Source of the DNA: Tubiluchus corallicola
Taxonomy: Eukaryota; Animalia; Priapulida
Reading direction: 5' to 3'
DNA: 64,000 nucleotides
Assembly (NCBI GenBank): GCA_030141605.1
Contig: JAQGDQ010000371.1
Coordinates: 124,001 to 188,000, forward strand
Shown: positions 26,966-40,496 of the stretch, one piece after another
How the letters are laid out: the number at the start of each line of letters is the position of its first letter
Numbering within the stretch: the first letter of the stretch is position 1
Made by a program: the position numbers and the translations under genes
Notes under the pieces: generated by a model
What the model saw: only the letters and a program-made list of their open reading frames with translations
Told to the model about the DNA's origin: nothing
The model's database searches: none

Positions 26966-29012
26966 GTGAGCTGATGCATAATTTAGTGAATGCAATTTTG
27001 TGTTCTGTTGGTACTGAATTGAGCAGCAGATAATTGTCAAGTGTTGGTTCTTACAGTTGGTTCTTAATTTAATGCCTTCACCATTATTGTTAGTATTTTT
27101 GTTGATTTTCCACTTGTAAAATGTTATTATGTGTTTTTTTAAGTTGAAGTATGATGCTTAAATGTAAGATCTAATTTTGCATTATTTTCTACGTTTTTTT
27201 TTGAAATGCATGTCTCAGCTGATGTGACAGTTGTTCAATTTGTGGAAGCCATGTATAGCATAGTGATAGTATTATGACCTTGTTTTCCTTGTTATTCAAA
27301 TATTTTTGTTAAAGATAGTATGACTATCTTGTTGGCTCTTAAATAATTACATGGTTTTATGTGTTGTTTTTTTGCTTTTGCTTGTCAGCTTGACAGTTTC
27401 ATTTTTATTTGGCGTAGCTGCTGTTTTTATGTGAAGTGAAAATAATGTTTGCGCTTTTGCAGCCCTTTTTTGTACGTTGTTTACAAGAGGTGATGGTTGG
27501 ATACAACTAAAACCTGATAGCAATCAACATGCTTTTTGTAAATTACATATCCTGCCTAATTGGATCAAAATTTTATGCTAAATCATTGCACAATATCAAT
27601 TTTCGTATCCATAACTGAATGGCCCAGGTTGCTTTTGACTATTTATGCAGAGCTTTCAAAAACTAACTAGGCCTACGTAAGTTGTAGTTCATTTCATGTT
27701 AAATTGCTTAATAGTTATCATTGTTTATCGCATTATGATCAGTTTCAAAACCTTGCTGTCATTTATGATATTCCCAACAAAATGTTATTCAACATTTTAA
27801 AATTGATTTTTTAAATAAATTTGTCATTTAAAGGTAAATTATATGCTTGTAACTTGCAGTACACTTGATTAAAAGAGAAGCTAAACGGCGGGAAAGTTTT
27901 CTGTTTACATTATTAATTGCCAAAAAAATGTCTTCACACACTACTTGACAACTGAAATCATGTGAACAATTAGTTTATTTTTTCTGACATGATGAACACC
28001 AATAGCTACAGTTTTATCATTTTATTATTATTATAATACTTGATTTCTGTTGTAACGCATTTTTATTACAAGCAGATTGTTTTCATAACAATTTTATATT
28101 GATCATGTAATGGTTATTGATTTGCCATTATTTTTAGCTCTTAAATTTTTCAATTATCGTTTTTATTATAACAAAGGAATGAAAGTATTTTGTGCTGTTG
28201 TTAGCCCTCGCAACCAAAGATACACGACCAAGTGGTAAAACTTTTTCAAAAATTACGTTTCTTTAAATCTGTCATAATTGCATTTATTACAACTTACAAG
28301 CAAGGAATCTAAATGCCTTAAATGCTAATAAGCAAAGCTAACAATAAAATACTTACGCATTCAATGCATGCTATTATGAGACATTAATTTTTGTAACTTT
28401 TGTATTGAGTTATGACAGAGGTCTTTAGTAGCTATTTATGTATATGGCGCATAACTTCAGACCTGGACTCTACAGGTGTTTCAATATTATTATTGTTATT
28501 ATTATTATTACTGAATATAAACATCGCATAACCCGTTATCTGTTTTTTCCGCTACTTCCACTAGCATATCCTTCTTCCCTTTCTGCGTGATATAACTTTC
28601 TTCCCCTATTTTGGTTCATATGGCAGTGGGCTTCTGTGAACCACTACAGTACAATCATTTTTTTACGACAATGATAGTGTATGAAACATGATATCAGCGT
28701 ATGATGTAACAATATTGATAGTTTGTCGCCTGGCATTGTTACCACTGTACTGAGTGTCATAAAAATAAAACTTACTTCAAAAGTTACCGCAGATAAATAA
28801 AACCAGGTCCCATCACAAAGGTTACAGCAATGCTAATCATAATCATTTTTGACTAGTTTATAGCAACCTGTTAAATTTAGATATTAAGCAGTAGGCGTCA
28901 TAATTTATAAGGGAATGTAATCAGGACCATAATGTCTGGGTGTTATCAATTTCCTACAGTGACTACGTAAAGAAGAATGATGCGCAAGAATGATGACAAA
29001 GAACAGCGACGA

Positions 29013-29032
29013 TGACGTCATGTTGCGGGAAA
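29013..29032. promoter_or_regulatory. Candidate BRCA2 promoter: perfect CRE (TGACGTCA) next to an E2F site (TTGCGGGAAA, i.e. TTTCCCGC on the minus strand); candidate non-coding first-exon donor GTAAGT at 29135
   Basis: Motifs seen directly about 1.7 kb upstream of the first coding exon; E2F control fits a cell-cycle-regulated repair gene (inference). Confidence 0.5.
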
Positions 29033-30760
29033 TATGGCCAGCTAGAATGCCAAATTTAAGTGATAATTGCAAATTTTGGATAAAAATGCCAAAAATTAAT
29101 TAATTATGATTTAAATGGCAGTGACGGTTTTTCTGTAAGTCAGGTACTATTTAGTGGCGAATTGTACAGAACTGCCAAGTGTAGCTAAGGAACGAAATGG
29201 TGAGATTTGGTGTTCCTGGTCGTCCTTGAATAACTCAATTTCAAACGGTTTTTAATCCACATTGTTAGCGCTAATAACACCTTCATTAAGGTTGTTCCAT
29301 ATAGCATCTTTACATCTCTCTGTATGTGAAAAATTGTGTTTTATACCTGTAGTAGGCTGCACGAGTACGAAGCGCGTGGTTTAAAGCACTTATGAGCCGG
29401 TGACCTTTGGTAACACAACTATTTACAGTGAAGTTTTTCTCCATTGTTATTGTAGCAGTCATGATATATCTTTAATGTTTCTGTCAAATCAGCATGAATT
29501 CTCCTTGTTCATAATTATTAAGACTCATAAATTGAGCTACCAGGTATCAATCAATTTATTTCAAATCCATGGGTGAGCATTGTAAACTCCTCCACCAGGT
29601 GTGCGGACCAGCTAAAGCTCCTCTTGGTAATGGATTCCCCTCGTGTTTCGGAGTGTATTTTGGAAGGCTTAACTATGAACAATATTCAAGAATTATAATT
29701 TTCTTGAATGTGTTATTTAATTATTATTAGCCTAATATTGAGGAGATTCGAATTTTAGTTTGAGTTATGTGATGTAACTTAATTAAGTCTTGCATTAATT
29801 AGGTTATGTCACTCACCATTAATCCTCTGGTGAAAAGAGCAATATTTTTCTTTAGATACATAATTATTACCGCGTAACTTTGCATACAATTTCATGTTCT
29901 CAACTAACGTGCGTCTCAAAAATTACAGCATAATAATACGCCATGCCTAAACCGCCTGATAACTTTAGGTTGCACATGTTGTTTATTGCCTGGGACATAT
30001 AATGAAAGAGATATAAATTTCTGCTTAGAATGTAGCACATGTTACGGATAAAAATTATCTGCATAATAAACTAGTGGTACCTGATTTCTGTAAAATGCTG
30101 CTCACTGGAGCCACAACGAAATTCAATCAAGAAAAGTAGGCAAGAATGTCTGCACTACCTTGCTCAACAAAAGATAACAGTGATGGATGAAAAGATGAAA
30201 ATTCACACGACAATTAAATGACTTAGATGAGTTTCACTGCCCCTGCTGCTTTTTAGCAAAACTACAATTATTGATAGAATAACAAGGATAAAATTGGCGC
30301 CTGATTTAAAATGTGTGAGATTCATGGATTTATTTATTTGCGGGCGAGAGCGTGACACTAGCTTTAATGCGTGAAATTTGGCAAGCAACTTTAGGCGTTT
30401 TGTGAGTTAATATGCGTGCTAGAAAAAACTACACCTAACTTTTCATCGGTATAATTACTATCAAAAGAATGTTGCAACATGTCAGCTTATCAGCCTTTTT
30501 AGGTAGTAACGAGCTCACGTGTGAACGCCTGTTTTTATACCTAGTTCCATATGTCTACTACTGTTTAGCTTCTAACCACATTTTCTACAGATTTCTGTCT
30601 ATGTGTTTATGTACCAAGCCTGGTATGAAATTATTTGAAAATGCATAATTATAGCAAAACCCGTGCTTAAGTTAAATACCATTTTTATTATTTGCATATT
30701 ATGAAGAGAGAGAATGTGATTAGTGAATATTTACAAAGGTTTTTATTTTTTTAGTCAATT

Positions 30761-30858
30761 ATGATAGACTCTGACAGCAAAAGAAATAAGAGTAAAATAG
30801 ACAAAAATCCCATTGCAGTAGAAACTACGCCTGGCAGCCTTCCACTTTGGTCTGATAG
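30761..30858 (+). CDS. BRCA2: BRCA2 first identifiable coding exon (MIDSDSKRNKSK...LPLWSD)
   Basis: TTTTTAG acceptor ending at 30754, ATG, GTAAGT donor in phase 2, splices in frame to 32733; the true start is uncertain. Confidence 0.6.
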
Positions 30859-30946
30859 GTAAGTATCTATCTAAATGAATGCTGCATTTTTTCTAGGCTG
30901 TTAACTTTTGTCTTGCGGGGGTATAGTTTGAAAGCATTACTGTATA

Positions 30947-31353
30947 CACTCATATCTCGATTTGCCCGACAAAAGTGGTGGTGAGACGTCGGTCCTAATG
31001 TGCCGATTGTCCGTATTTACCGTTACTAAGCTAATACAGTAAGTGCCATGTATTACACTCACTGTAATGTAGAATCAATCGCCTAATTGTCTCAAAAAAC
31101 TCTAGTATGGGCAAAAGCATATAAAAACTGTCGACAATTGACTGAAGTAACTCCTCATTATTGCTCTACATTTTCTCTGCACATGCTTTACACTTATTTA
31201 ATGATATAAACAAAGTGACGGCCCTCCGACTAGCGGTCAACTCGCGAAACAACGGACTGCATCCGTGGTGTACGGGACTTTTTAACGGTCCAGATTTTGT
31301 CCAATTTTTTCGATATCCGTAAAATCGAGGTCCGGCAAACCGGGATTTGAGTG
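30947..31353. mobile_element. Tc1/mariner-pogo-type MITE
   Basis: TA-flanked imperfect TIRs CACTCATATCTCGATTTGCCCGAC / GTCCGGCAAACCGGGATTTGAGTG. Confidence 0.75.
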
Positions 31354-31585
31354 TAGTTCTAAAAATGTTGCTGTTAGTTGATTGAAAATGTTGTCTGTCG
31401 ATCATATTATAAGCATGCATTTCTCGCTGGTCTCATAAAAGAAATTAGTTTCTCAATGAATGTTCCACCCTTGAGAAGATATTCCGTATTTTTACTGCAC
31501 TAGGCCCTACCAAACTGGATCATAAATTAAATGGTTCATGTTTGCCATCGTGACATAAATTAGCTAATGTTCACATTACAAGTGG

Positions 31586-31636
<51 letters not shown>

Positions 31637-31883
31637 ATGTGATGGTAAATTGGCATTTGAAATAGTTTGGCACTGCAACACAATTGTTTGTAATTTTTTT
31701 GCTTGAGTAAAAGACTTCACTACCCTTCACATCTCATTAGCGTTATACATACATCACAAATTAGACGAAAATGTAAGATGAAAACTAGAATTTTCGCTTA
31801 TACTTGTAGTGCTTTCACTTGTTTTATTGTCGTCTTGAAATTTCATTTGAACTACTAGATGTTAGCATTTAGCAGTATATAGC

Positions 31884-32316
31884 CAGTGGCTGATATAGTG
31901 GTGGTCCCAAGGGACCTGGGCCCTCCCTTGCACAGTAACTGTTACAACTCACCAAATTAATATTTTCTCTGAATTATAAGCATTAGAACAATTTGCTAAA
32001 TCCTCAAGGTGCCTTATATGTGTAAAAATCATATATAATAAGAAAACAGATGAAAGTTATGTACATCATGTATGCTGTACAGTGTATATCAAAATATTGG
32101 TATGTAGTTTTTGAGTCACAGGTGAGGTGACACCTGTTTTAAACTAGTGAGCTTCTTTGAGGAAATGGTTTCTAGAAGGCAGAAAAGTGGTCTGAAATGC
32201 AGTAAAATGTTTTGTTGTCCGGGTGGATCACGCTGGGGAGTTTACATTGTTCCTCAGACCCCCTAACTGCTTTTCTGTTGGGCCCACTGCTGTTCTGAAA
32301 CCTGTATCCACCCCTG
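31884..32316. mobile_element. Degenerate hAT-like MITE
   Basis: Ends CAGTGGCTGATAT / GTATCCACCCCTG, GGGCCC subterminal motifs; TSD unclear. Confidence 0.4.
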
Positions 32317-32732
32317 ATATCACCCTCTCTACTCTTGTGGTGACAATCATTTCTACCTGTAACACATCATGGATTGAATTTGCATATATATGACGTAGCT
32401 TACACGGATCATTTGTCAGTTGCTTTGTGGTGATATATACTTTCAAAACTATTATAAATAGACCAGCATTATAGATTTCTTGTAGTAGAATACATTTTCG
32501 GACTTGAGAGTAAAAAGGAGATCTCGTGTTTCTCGTTTTTGAAGTTTTTTTTAATTTGCGTAATGCTGCATTTCAGACCCTCACTTGGCATTCAAATTGG
32601 CAAAAGTTTGTTATAATGAATGCTGCTTAATGAATGTTACATGAATGCTCATTAGCACAAGGTGATTCAATCATAAAACAGATATACAAAAAGTTTTTGT
32701 TTTGTTTGAGCATTGATCTTTTATTTTTTTAG

Positions 32733-32940
32733 CCCATTTTTGTTGAGAAGACTATTTAAAACTCCCATAGAAAGCAGCACTCCTGCTCGTATCACACAAA
32801 GCTTGGGAGCCCAGCCATGTAACATCAGTTGGAGCAGCTCTTTTGAGACTGCACCTTTTACAACAGATAAGAAACCGCCAGCAAGTCTCAGTGCTGAAAA
32901 CATTAAAAAAAGAAATGAAGATTTGCAGCGTAAAGCATCA
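32733..32940 (+). CDS. BRCA2: BRCA2 coding exon with the conserved N-terminal block (LFKTP...ITQSLGAQPCNISWSSSFETAP)
   Basis: Matches human LFHTP...[25 protein letters not shown]/GT boundaries in frame. Confidence 0.88.
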
Positions 32941-33099
32941 GTAAGCCGATTTTTTTTATAGATGTGAATAACAACTTAGCTTACGATTCCTATAAAGTAA
33001 CATTTTGTTATTTTTAAATTAAAAAAAATTGTTTAGTTATAAGCAGTTTCATATCTTATTCAGTATGAGTCCTTGTACAGATTCTTGTGTCATCTTCAA

Positions 33100-33855
33100 A
33101 CTAGACAAAAGGAGCACAATTACTACTACACATTCTAAGCAATGTCAGATATTACTTCTGGATGATGTTATTAATTTTAATGGATGTATATACATGTATA
33201 AAACCAACAACAACTTATTTCCAACTTTTTTTGAAAATCCAGTCAAGATAAATGTAAAAAGATACAATACCAGACATAATGAATATATACCAAGACGTTG
33301 TAGAACAAATATGGCGAAACATTTCATTAGCTATGTGAGACCAGTCCTATGGAATAGACTAAGCCGCAATTCAAAATGTAGTCACTCCCTTTCAACTTTT
33401 AAAAAAACCGTCAGAAAAGAAATATTTCAAAAGTATTGAGAGTAACACAGTTTGATAATGGTAATCACCTGCATTCTTTTTCCACAGTAATCTTAATAAA
33501 ACGTGACTATGCTCAACAGGTTACTGAACACTTTATAATCATGATCACAGTTTTTCTTAGTTCTCGCTCCATTTCATCTTTCATTCACTACTCCCCTTAC
33601 ACTTTTATGTATATATTATCATTATTTCAATTATTAATCACTTCCTTAAGATTTCCAGTTTGGCCTGTCAAGCTATGCTTTTAGGCTCGAACTGTATGCA
33701 TCAAAATTATTCTGTAATGTAATTTGCAAATGTATATGCTGCATAAGAATCTCTTTTGTAATTTCTGGATAATACTGCATTTATATTTATATTTACTTCA
33801 GTGGAATTATCTGTATTTTGATTATAACTGTTAGATGCAGAGTGGAAATAAATAA
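33100..33855 (+). mobile_element. CR1/L2/Crack-group LINE 3' fragment (ORF2 C-terminus and 3' UTR)
   Basis: ORF 33029-33439 holds IYMYK..NNL.P..F...YNTR......RT......ISY....LWN.L......SLSTFKK, the typical ORF2 tail; ends in AATAAATAAA. Confidence 0.75.
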
Positions 33856-34124
33856 ACTAATATAACTTGTTTTAAAATCACTTAACTGTATTAAGTTAAT
33901 TCGTTATTATTAAAACACGTTAATTATTTAACTAAATTTCCTGTTATGGTAGGAAATAGTAGTATTGAAGCATGTTGAGACGAGGAACAAAAGCTTTTTT
34001 GTTTGGACGAGGGGTCTCGTTTTTCCGAATAAGAGTTGCTTGACACCAATTTTTCACTCTCGTCTTCTTCTTTTCTTATTCACTCTTATTTTTCTCACAA
34101 TCTAATTATGTTGTTTTCACGCAG

Positions 34125-35469
34125 GGGGCAGCTAGGGAATTGTTTCATTTGCAAGCTGATGGGGAGCCAAACTGTAGAGAACAGCTCACTGATTATTCCA
34201 TGGGAAGTTTTGGACAAACCAGCACTGACTGTGTGCGCAGTCCATGCTGTACAGAGAACGTTAGCGAGAAAGAAGAGCCTGCAGCACATGGCATTAAAAG
34301 GAAAACCATTACTGAAATTAAGCAGATAGTTAATGGAAGTGCTTTAAATGCCAATGCCATAGACACTCTTGGGATTTCTGCAGTTCGCAGCATTGCTTGT
34401 TCTCAGGCAGAATCTCATCAAAATAGCCGCTCGGAAAGTTGCCGTGATTTGTGTGATTTGTCAGATATGGAAGATGCCGCGGAAGGCAGCTGTTCTGTAT
34501 CCCTTGTTTCACCTGTTTTCACCTCAGAACTAACAAAGAGGAAAACCTGGGTAAGCGATAAGTGTAATTCAAACTCTGGGCAGAATATTGAAGATACCCT
34601 CTCTTTCTTCTTTAATTCTCCACCTTCTCCAACTTTCGCAAAGCATCTTCCAGGAACTGTGTGTTCTTTGGCTGCAAGTGAACTGTGCCCGAAGAAGAAG
34701 CGGTGGGAAAAGAGAGAACGTGTCTCGGAACATTCCCAGCCACACACTAATGATTCTTGTGAAAAGCTTTCTAACTACTACCATGATAGTGACAATGAGA
34801 TCTTCTTTAAAACGCCAGTAAGAAAAAGAGCATGTTTGAATTCGTCTCTCGTGAGTGGAGATGAGACACCCTGTGAAAATCCTGATGCTTCCAGCTCTAG
34901 TCATTTAGATAAAACTGTCTGCTGCAGTGATTCTAAGAACAGACATTGTTCTCATCTTAGTAGCAGTGATAATGAGGTTTCTTTTAAAACTCCATTTCAA
35001 AAAAAGAAGCGGGCAAGAAGACAAGTTGAATCAGAAAGCAGTGCTGTAGCAATTACTCCTGAAAAGGTCACTGATCACTCATGCGACATGTTCTCTCAAA
35101 TTTCCCCAAAGTCCTTGGAGATTCTAATGCAGGCAACAGATTCAAGTTCCAGTTCTAGTAGTGCAGTCAAATTATCTGCAGAACATCTAGTTGGAAATCT
35201 CGAAACACGTACGATTTCGGTTAGGAAACCATCGAGTGAAAAACAATGCATAGAGCAGCCATTGAAGACCTTTAGAGACAATAGCGGCTGTTCTAACAGT
35301 GATAAAAGTGCTGTGATACAGAACCCCTTGTCTGACAAAATGTCGGAGTCGCGTCGGTGTAATAACTCAACCTCGGAAATGCAGAGAATGAAGTTTGGTT
35401 TTGTTTATCCAACTGCTTCTCAGATAACCTCATTGCACGAGTCAAACACGAGTCATGCTAGTGAAACAG
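34125..35469 (+). CDS. BRCA2: BRCA2 large N-terminal exon (disordered, S/T-P rich)
   Basis: Within ORF 34140-35495; ACGCAG acceptor in phase 0, GTGATA donor in phase 1, in frame with both neighbours. Confidence 0.85.
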
Positions 35470-36176
35470 GTGATATTTTAGAGATTATTATTTAATTTCT
35501 GTGTTTTTTTTAAATTAAAAGGCAAAAAATAAGATACTTTTGAATGTTCAGTAGTTTTTAGTGGACAAGATTAGCGTCAGTTAATGTGGGCTTTGGATTT
35601 TCCATTTTGTGTGCATTTCATGTTTTGCCTGTGTTGGCAGGCTATAATTTACTCCCATAATTTCCATGTTCTTAATGCTGTTTTTTGCAAATCATTGACG
35701 TAGGTGATTCTGGCATTAGGTGCAAAGTTAGTAAATTAATTTAATTATATGGCCTAAACTACAAATTATAGCTGACTATTGAATATGCTCTTCATAATCA
35801 GTTATGAAAACACTAGTACAGAAAATCTGTAAAATAATATAACAATATATTTAAAAAAACTTTTTAAATACTTAACCCTATGTAGGTTACTAGGTATTAC
35901 TAAAAATCACTATGTAGTTGCTTTTTAACAGGGCTACATTGGTTTTTGCACATTTGGCAATAACTTGTTGTTTTGTGTTACTAAAGCAGAATCTTTTAAA
36001 TAGATAAACAGCCACCTGTTATTAAACACTAATATTTGATATTAGTTTTATTTATACACAGGCACACACATCCGCGCACACATATATGCACTCATGCTTG
36101 AACGTACGTGCACACCCACACTAAAATAATGCAAATTTACTATTAGTATGAATTAAAAAAATGCATATTTTTGTAG

Positions 36177-39100
36177 GTATTGGTAAATTGGATGCTTCCA
36201 CTGTACTGGTGGACGAAAGTTCTTGTATTAAGACACAACCTCGAGAGTTGTCAATGGCTGACTGCAATATGCTTGCATTCAAAACTGCCTCCAACAAAAA
36301 TATTGTCATTTCTGACAATGCTTTGAGAAAAGGTGAAGAGATTATATCTGCCATGGGTTTTAATATCTCGCCAGTCAGTTTAAAAGAGTCAGCATGTGAA
36401 GTAAATAAATGTGCTAGTTCTGTATCCATCCTAGACGAACATGATCAAAACAACTTTAGTGACTCGGCAGGCAAGTGTTCTGTCTCAAAACTAAAGAGAT
36501 TAACTACAAATGGTTGTCTGAATGCTAGCAGAAATACTGTTGACAATGAAAATGTGGAGAGCAGTGAGCCTCATCACGACAAAAAAGCTGTGTGCACTTC
36601 TACTAATAAATTACTGTCAAAACTATCTTGTCATAGTAATCAGAAGAGTACATTAGCAGATGATGTAGCTAATGAAACACAGGTTAACAAACCGAGTCAC
36701 GATAATGATGTACCTAAGAAAGAGCAGTTAGACATGCCGCTTTATGTGGATTTTCAGACTGCTTCAGGAAAAAGTGTTTTTGTTTCCGAAATTGCTCTGC
36801 AGCGATCAAAAAATCTTTTAGCTGAAGTTTTGAGTGCAACTTTTGAAGAAAGCCCCAAAGAGCATTTAATAGATAAAACGCTAAACACTGTTAAACATAA
36901 GAATGACGAACAAAGCTGTGACATTACATCTTTTACTTCTTTATCTGGTGCTAAACAATCCACTGCCTTTCAAGCTGCATCTGGAAAACATGTAACGTCG
37001 TCTGAAGATGCTTTGCAAGAATCTAAAACTGCTTTAACGGATCCATTAGCTTTGCATCAAAAGTTCAATGCTGGTGGTGTAAATTGTGAAGTAGAATGTG
37101 GAAGTGTTGATGTTGGCTTTCGTACTGCTGCCGGAAAATGTTTGAGTGTTTCTGCTGCAGCAATGGAACGAGCAAGTACAGTAGCCAAAACTGTGTCTGA
37201 TGACCACAAAAATGATACCTTCTATGATGGTGTGCCTTTAAAACCAGTTTTAACAAAAAGTACATCCCTTCATCCTACTGCCATACAAAATAATTATATT
37301 CAAAAAAACGACTGTGATGATGAAAGTGAAAGAGACTTATCAGTAGTAGAAAACAATAAAAGTTTTGATGGCCTACATTCTACTGATGTAAACTGTGGTT
37401 TTACTTCTGCAGGTGGTAAAAGAATGACAGTATCAGAAGTGGCAATGCAGAAAGCAAAATGTTTAACAAAAGACATTTTACACCACTTGAGTCAGTCGCC
37501 AACCTTGGAAGAGCGTAGATATGGTAATCAAACTAATGCCGATACCACAGATGTGTCCTGCGGTTTTATGTCTGCAAGTGGGCACAAGATTACAGTGTCA
37601 GAAAAGGCAATGCGTGAAGCAAAGTCATTTGTAAAACAGGTTGTGGAAAACGTGAGCAGTAACGATTCACCAATTCTGGACAAACAGGGGTCTGACATTA
37701 ATAGCAACCTCACTGCAAGCTGTGATTTTACATCTGCCAGTGGTAATAAAATTAAAGTGTCAAAAGAGGCAATGCAGAGAGCAAATCTTTTGGCAAAAGA
37801 GGCTTTTCAAAATGCGAACCATTCAGATGAAGCCAATTCACTTGTTTTCAAAGGAGAGAAGTCTGAAGGTGTTGATGGTAGTACTGGTCATGTAGCAGCT
37901 GACCAAATGATAAGCAAACTTGGTAAATTAGTGAACAGTAGATCTCCTGGAAAGACTAATATGCACATTTCTAAAGGGCACAGGGCTTTTAAGGCACCTA
38001 GACTTAATAATAGCAAAGTATTTGGCAAAAAACGAAAACTTGGACCAGAGCCTGTTCATAAAGGTGTGACTCCTGCTGTTAAAAAACATGTTTTTTATCC
38101 AGAAAGTAAACACGTTGCCGAAGTCGAACACAATAATAGCTTTGAAGATTTGTCAGCTACTCAGCTCCAAGTAATTGATGAAACTTCGGCATGGATCAGT
38201 GCTGGAGTCACCGGATGCACTCAGTGGGATAGTGGTGACGACGATATATATGAAAAAATTACACAGAACAGCAGTAAGCCTATTAGTAAACCAAGCACTC
38301 ATTTTCAAGAAACACAAACCAAAAGCAAAATCGAAACTGAGCAAAGTCATGGTAGTCAAGATATAGTGAAAAACTGTAATGCTTTTTTTGGATTAAGACA
38401 ATCACAAAAGAGCAAGTCGCTCAAGGCCGGCACTCCAGAAAGAAAAAGATTGAATTTAGTACCGGTTAATCTTTTTGGTTGTAAGAAGTCGAGTTCAATG
38501 AACAGTGCACGTTTTGAACCAGTGAAATCTCTTCAAGTTGGAGAGCATGACAAAGCGTACAATACCACTGTGAAAAATGGAGCAGTTGCAAAGCTGACAG
38601 AGCACACAGGCGAGATGATTGAAGACGAAAAAGAAGAGAAATCGGGCTCGCCAGTTTTTGGTCTGACCAGAAAAGCTCTTGGTGGTATTCCGAAGTCTGT
38701 CTCTGCCGTCAGTGCTGGGTCATTGAATGGCCAAAGTTTAACACATTGTAAGGCAGAGTCAAACATTTCCTTGCCTTCTGACCCAAAACACAATGTTGTT
38801 AGTGGCATATGTTCTGCAAAATCTCTAGCATCATTTTCCAATTCTAGTTCTCAGCCTGGTATTTTAACTACATCTAGCAGTGCAGCACAAATGTCAAGCA
38901 AATCAGTGGGCAGTGTAATAGAGTCATCTGCAAAAAAGAGTCTCTGTCAGTCTGCATTAGATATTGAACTTGGAGTATCAATAAAGCCGTCAAATTCTTG
39001 TGAGTTGCTATTTCCTTGTCAGTCTGCATCAGGTACTGCTATTGGTGCGGCTGCTAAATCTCTAGATGCTGTAAGGGAATCAACCAGTTCTGCTGCTTTG

Positions 39101-40496
39101 CAGACTCCTTTTCAAAGTGCAACGGGTACTGCTATTGGTGTGTCTGCGAAATCTCTAGCTGCAGTAAGGGAATCAGCCAGTTCTGTTGCTTTCCAATCTC
39201 CTTTTCAAAGTGCATCAGGTACTGCTATTGGTAGGTCTGCTAAATCTCTTGATGCTGTAAGAGATTCTGTCAGTTCTGCCGCTTTGCAATCTCCTTTTCA
39301 AAGTGCACCAGGTACTGCTATTGGTGTGTCTGCTAAATCTCTAGCTGCAGTAAGGGAATCAGCCAGTTCTATTGCTTTCCAAACTCCTTTTCAAAGTGCA
39401 TCAGGTACTGCTATTGGTAGGTCTGCTAAATCTCTTGATGCTGTAAGAGATTCTGTCAGTTCTGCCGCTTTGCAATCTCCTTTTCAAAGTGCACCAGGTA
39501 CTGCTATTGGTGTGTCTGCTAAATCTCTAGCTGCAGTAAGGGAATCAGCCAGTTCTATTGCTTTCCAAACTCCTTTTCAAAGTGCATCAGGTACTGCTAT
39601 TGGTAGGTCTGCTAAATCTCTTGATGCTGTAAGAGATTCTGTCAGTTCTGCCGCTTTGCAATCTCCTTTTCAAAGTGCACCAGGTACTGCTATTGGTGTG
39701 TCTGCTAAATCTCTAGCTGCAGTAAGGGAATCAGCCAGTTCTATTGCTTTCCAAACTCCTTTTCAAAGTGCATCAGGTACTGCTATTGGTAGGTCTGCTA
39801 AATCTCTTGATGCTGTAAGAGATTCTGTCAGTTCTGCCGCTTTGCAATCTCCTTTTCAAAGTGCATCAGGTACTGCTATTGGTGTGTCTGCTAAATCTCT
39901 AGATGCTGTAATAGATTCTGTCAGTTCTGCTGCTTTGCAATCTCCTTTTCAAAGTGCATCAGGTACTGCTATTGGTGTGTCTGCTAAATCTTTAGATGCT
40001 GTAAGAGATTCTGTCAGTTCTGCTGCTTTGCAATCTCCTTTTCAAAGTGCATCAGGTACTGCTATTGGTGTGTCTGCTAAATCTCTAGCTGCAGTAAGGG
40101 AATCAGCCTGTTCTGCTGTTTTGCAATCTCCTTTTCAAAGTGCATCAGGTACTGAGATTTCCGCATCTGCTAAAATGAAATCGCCATCATCTTCCGTACC
40201 AAATCCATCTACACTTTCCAGTCTGTACTGTCCTGTGCAGTTGCAGTTACATCCAAATGTGAATCGATCGGATTACTTTGAGATGCGTTTTACTTTGGCT
40301 GACAAGCAATGTGCCTCTTCATTAGGAAAGTCTCATCACGCTGAGAGTTTTAATGACGACAAGTCATTAAACACGAGAGATGATAAACAAAAAACTACCA
40401 GAGACATGTCATGTGATAAGGAAAACAGACCTATAGATGGTAACGTTTACTTTGATCCGCATTCACTTAGGCATGTTCCTCAAAACAATGCTGTTG
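36177..40496 (+). CDS. BRCA2: BRCA2 giant BRC-repeat exon (4320 nt, exon-11 equivalent)
   Basis: Seven dispersed BRC repeats (FKTASNK, FQTASGK, FQAASGK, FRTAAGK, FTSAGGK, FMSASGH, FTSASGN) plus a tandem FQSASG array; TTGTAG and GTAAGT boundaries in phase 1. Confidence 0.96.
39014..40175 (+). repeat. BRCA2: Coding 93-bp tandem array (12 full units plus 1 partial) of BRC-like 31-aa repeats
   Basis: Unit PFQSASGTAIG(V/R)SAKSL(D/A)AVR(D/E)S..S.A.Q(S/T); 186-bp higher-order dimer in the middle of the array. Confidence 0.95.

Noticed and set aside
34036-38841. Numerous short overlapping and antisense ORFs within BRCA2 exons
   Set aside because: Shadow ORFs of the real coding frame; no independent motifs.
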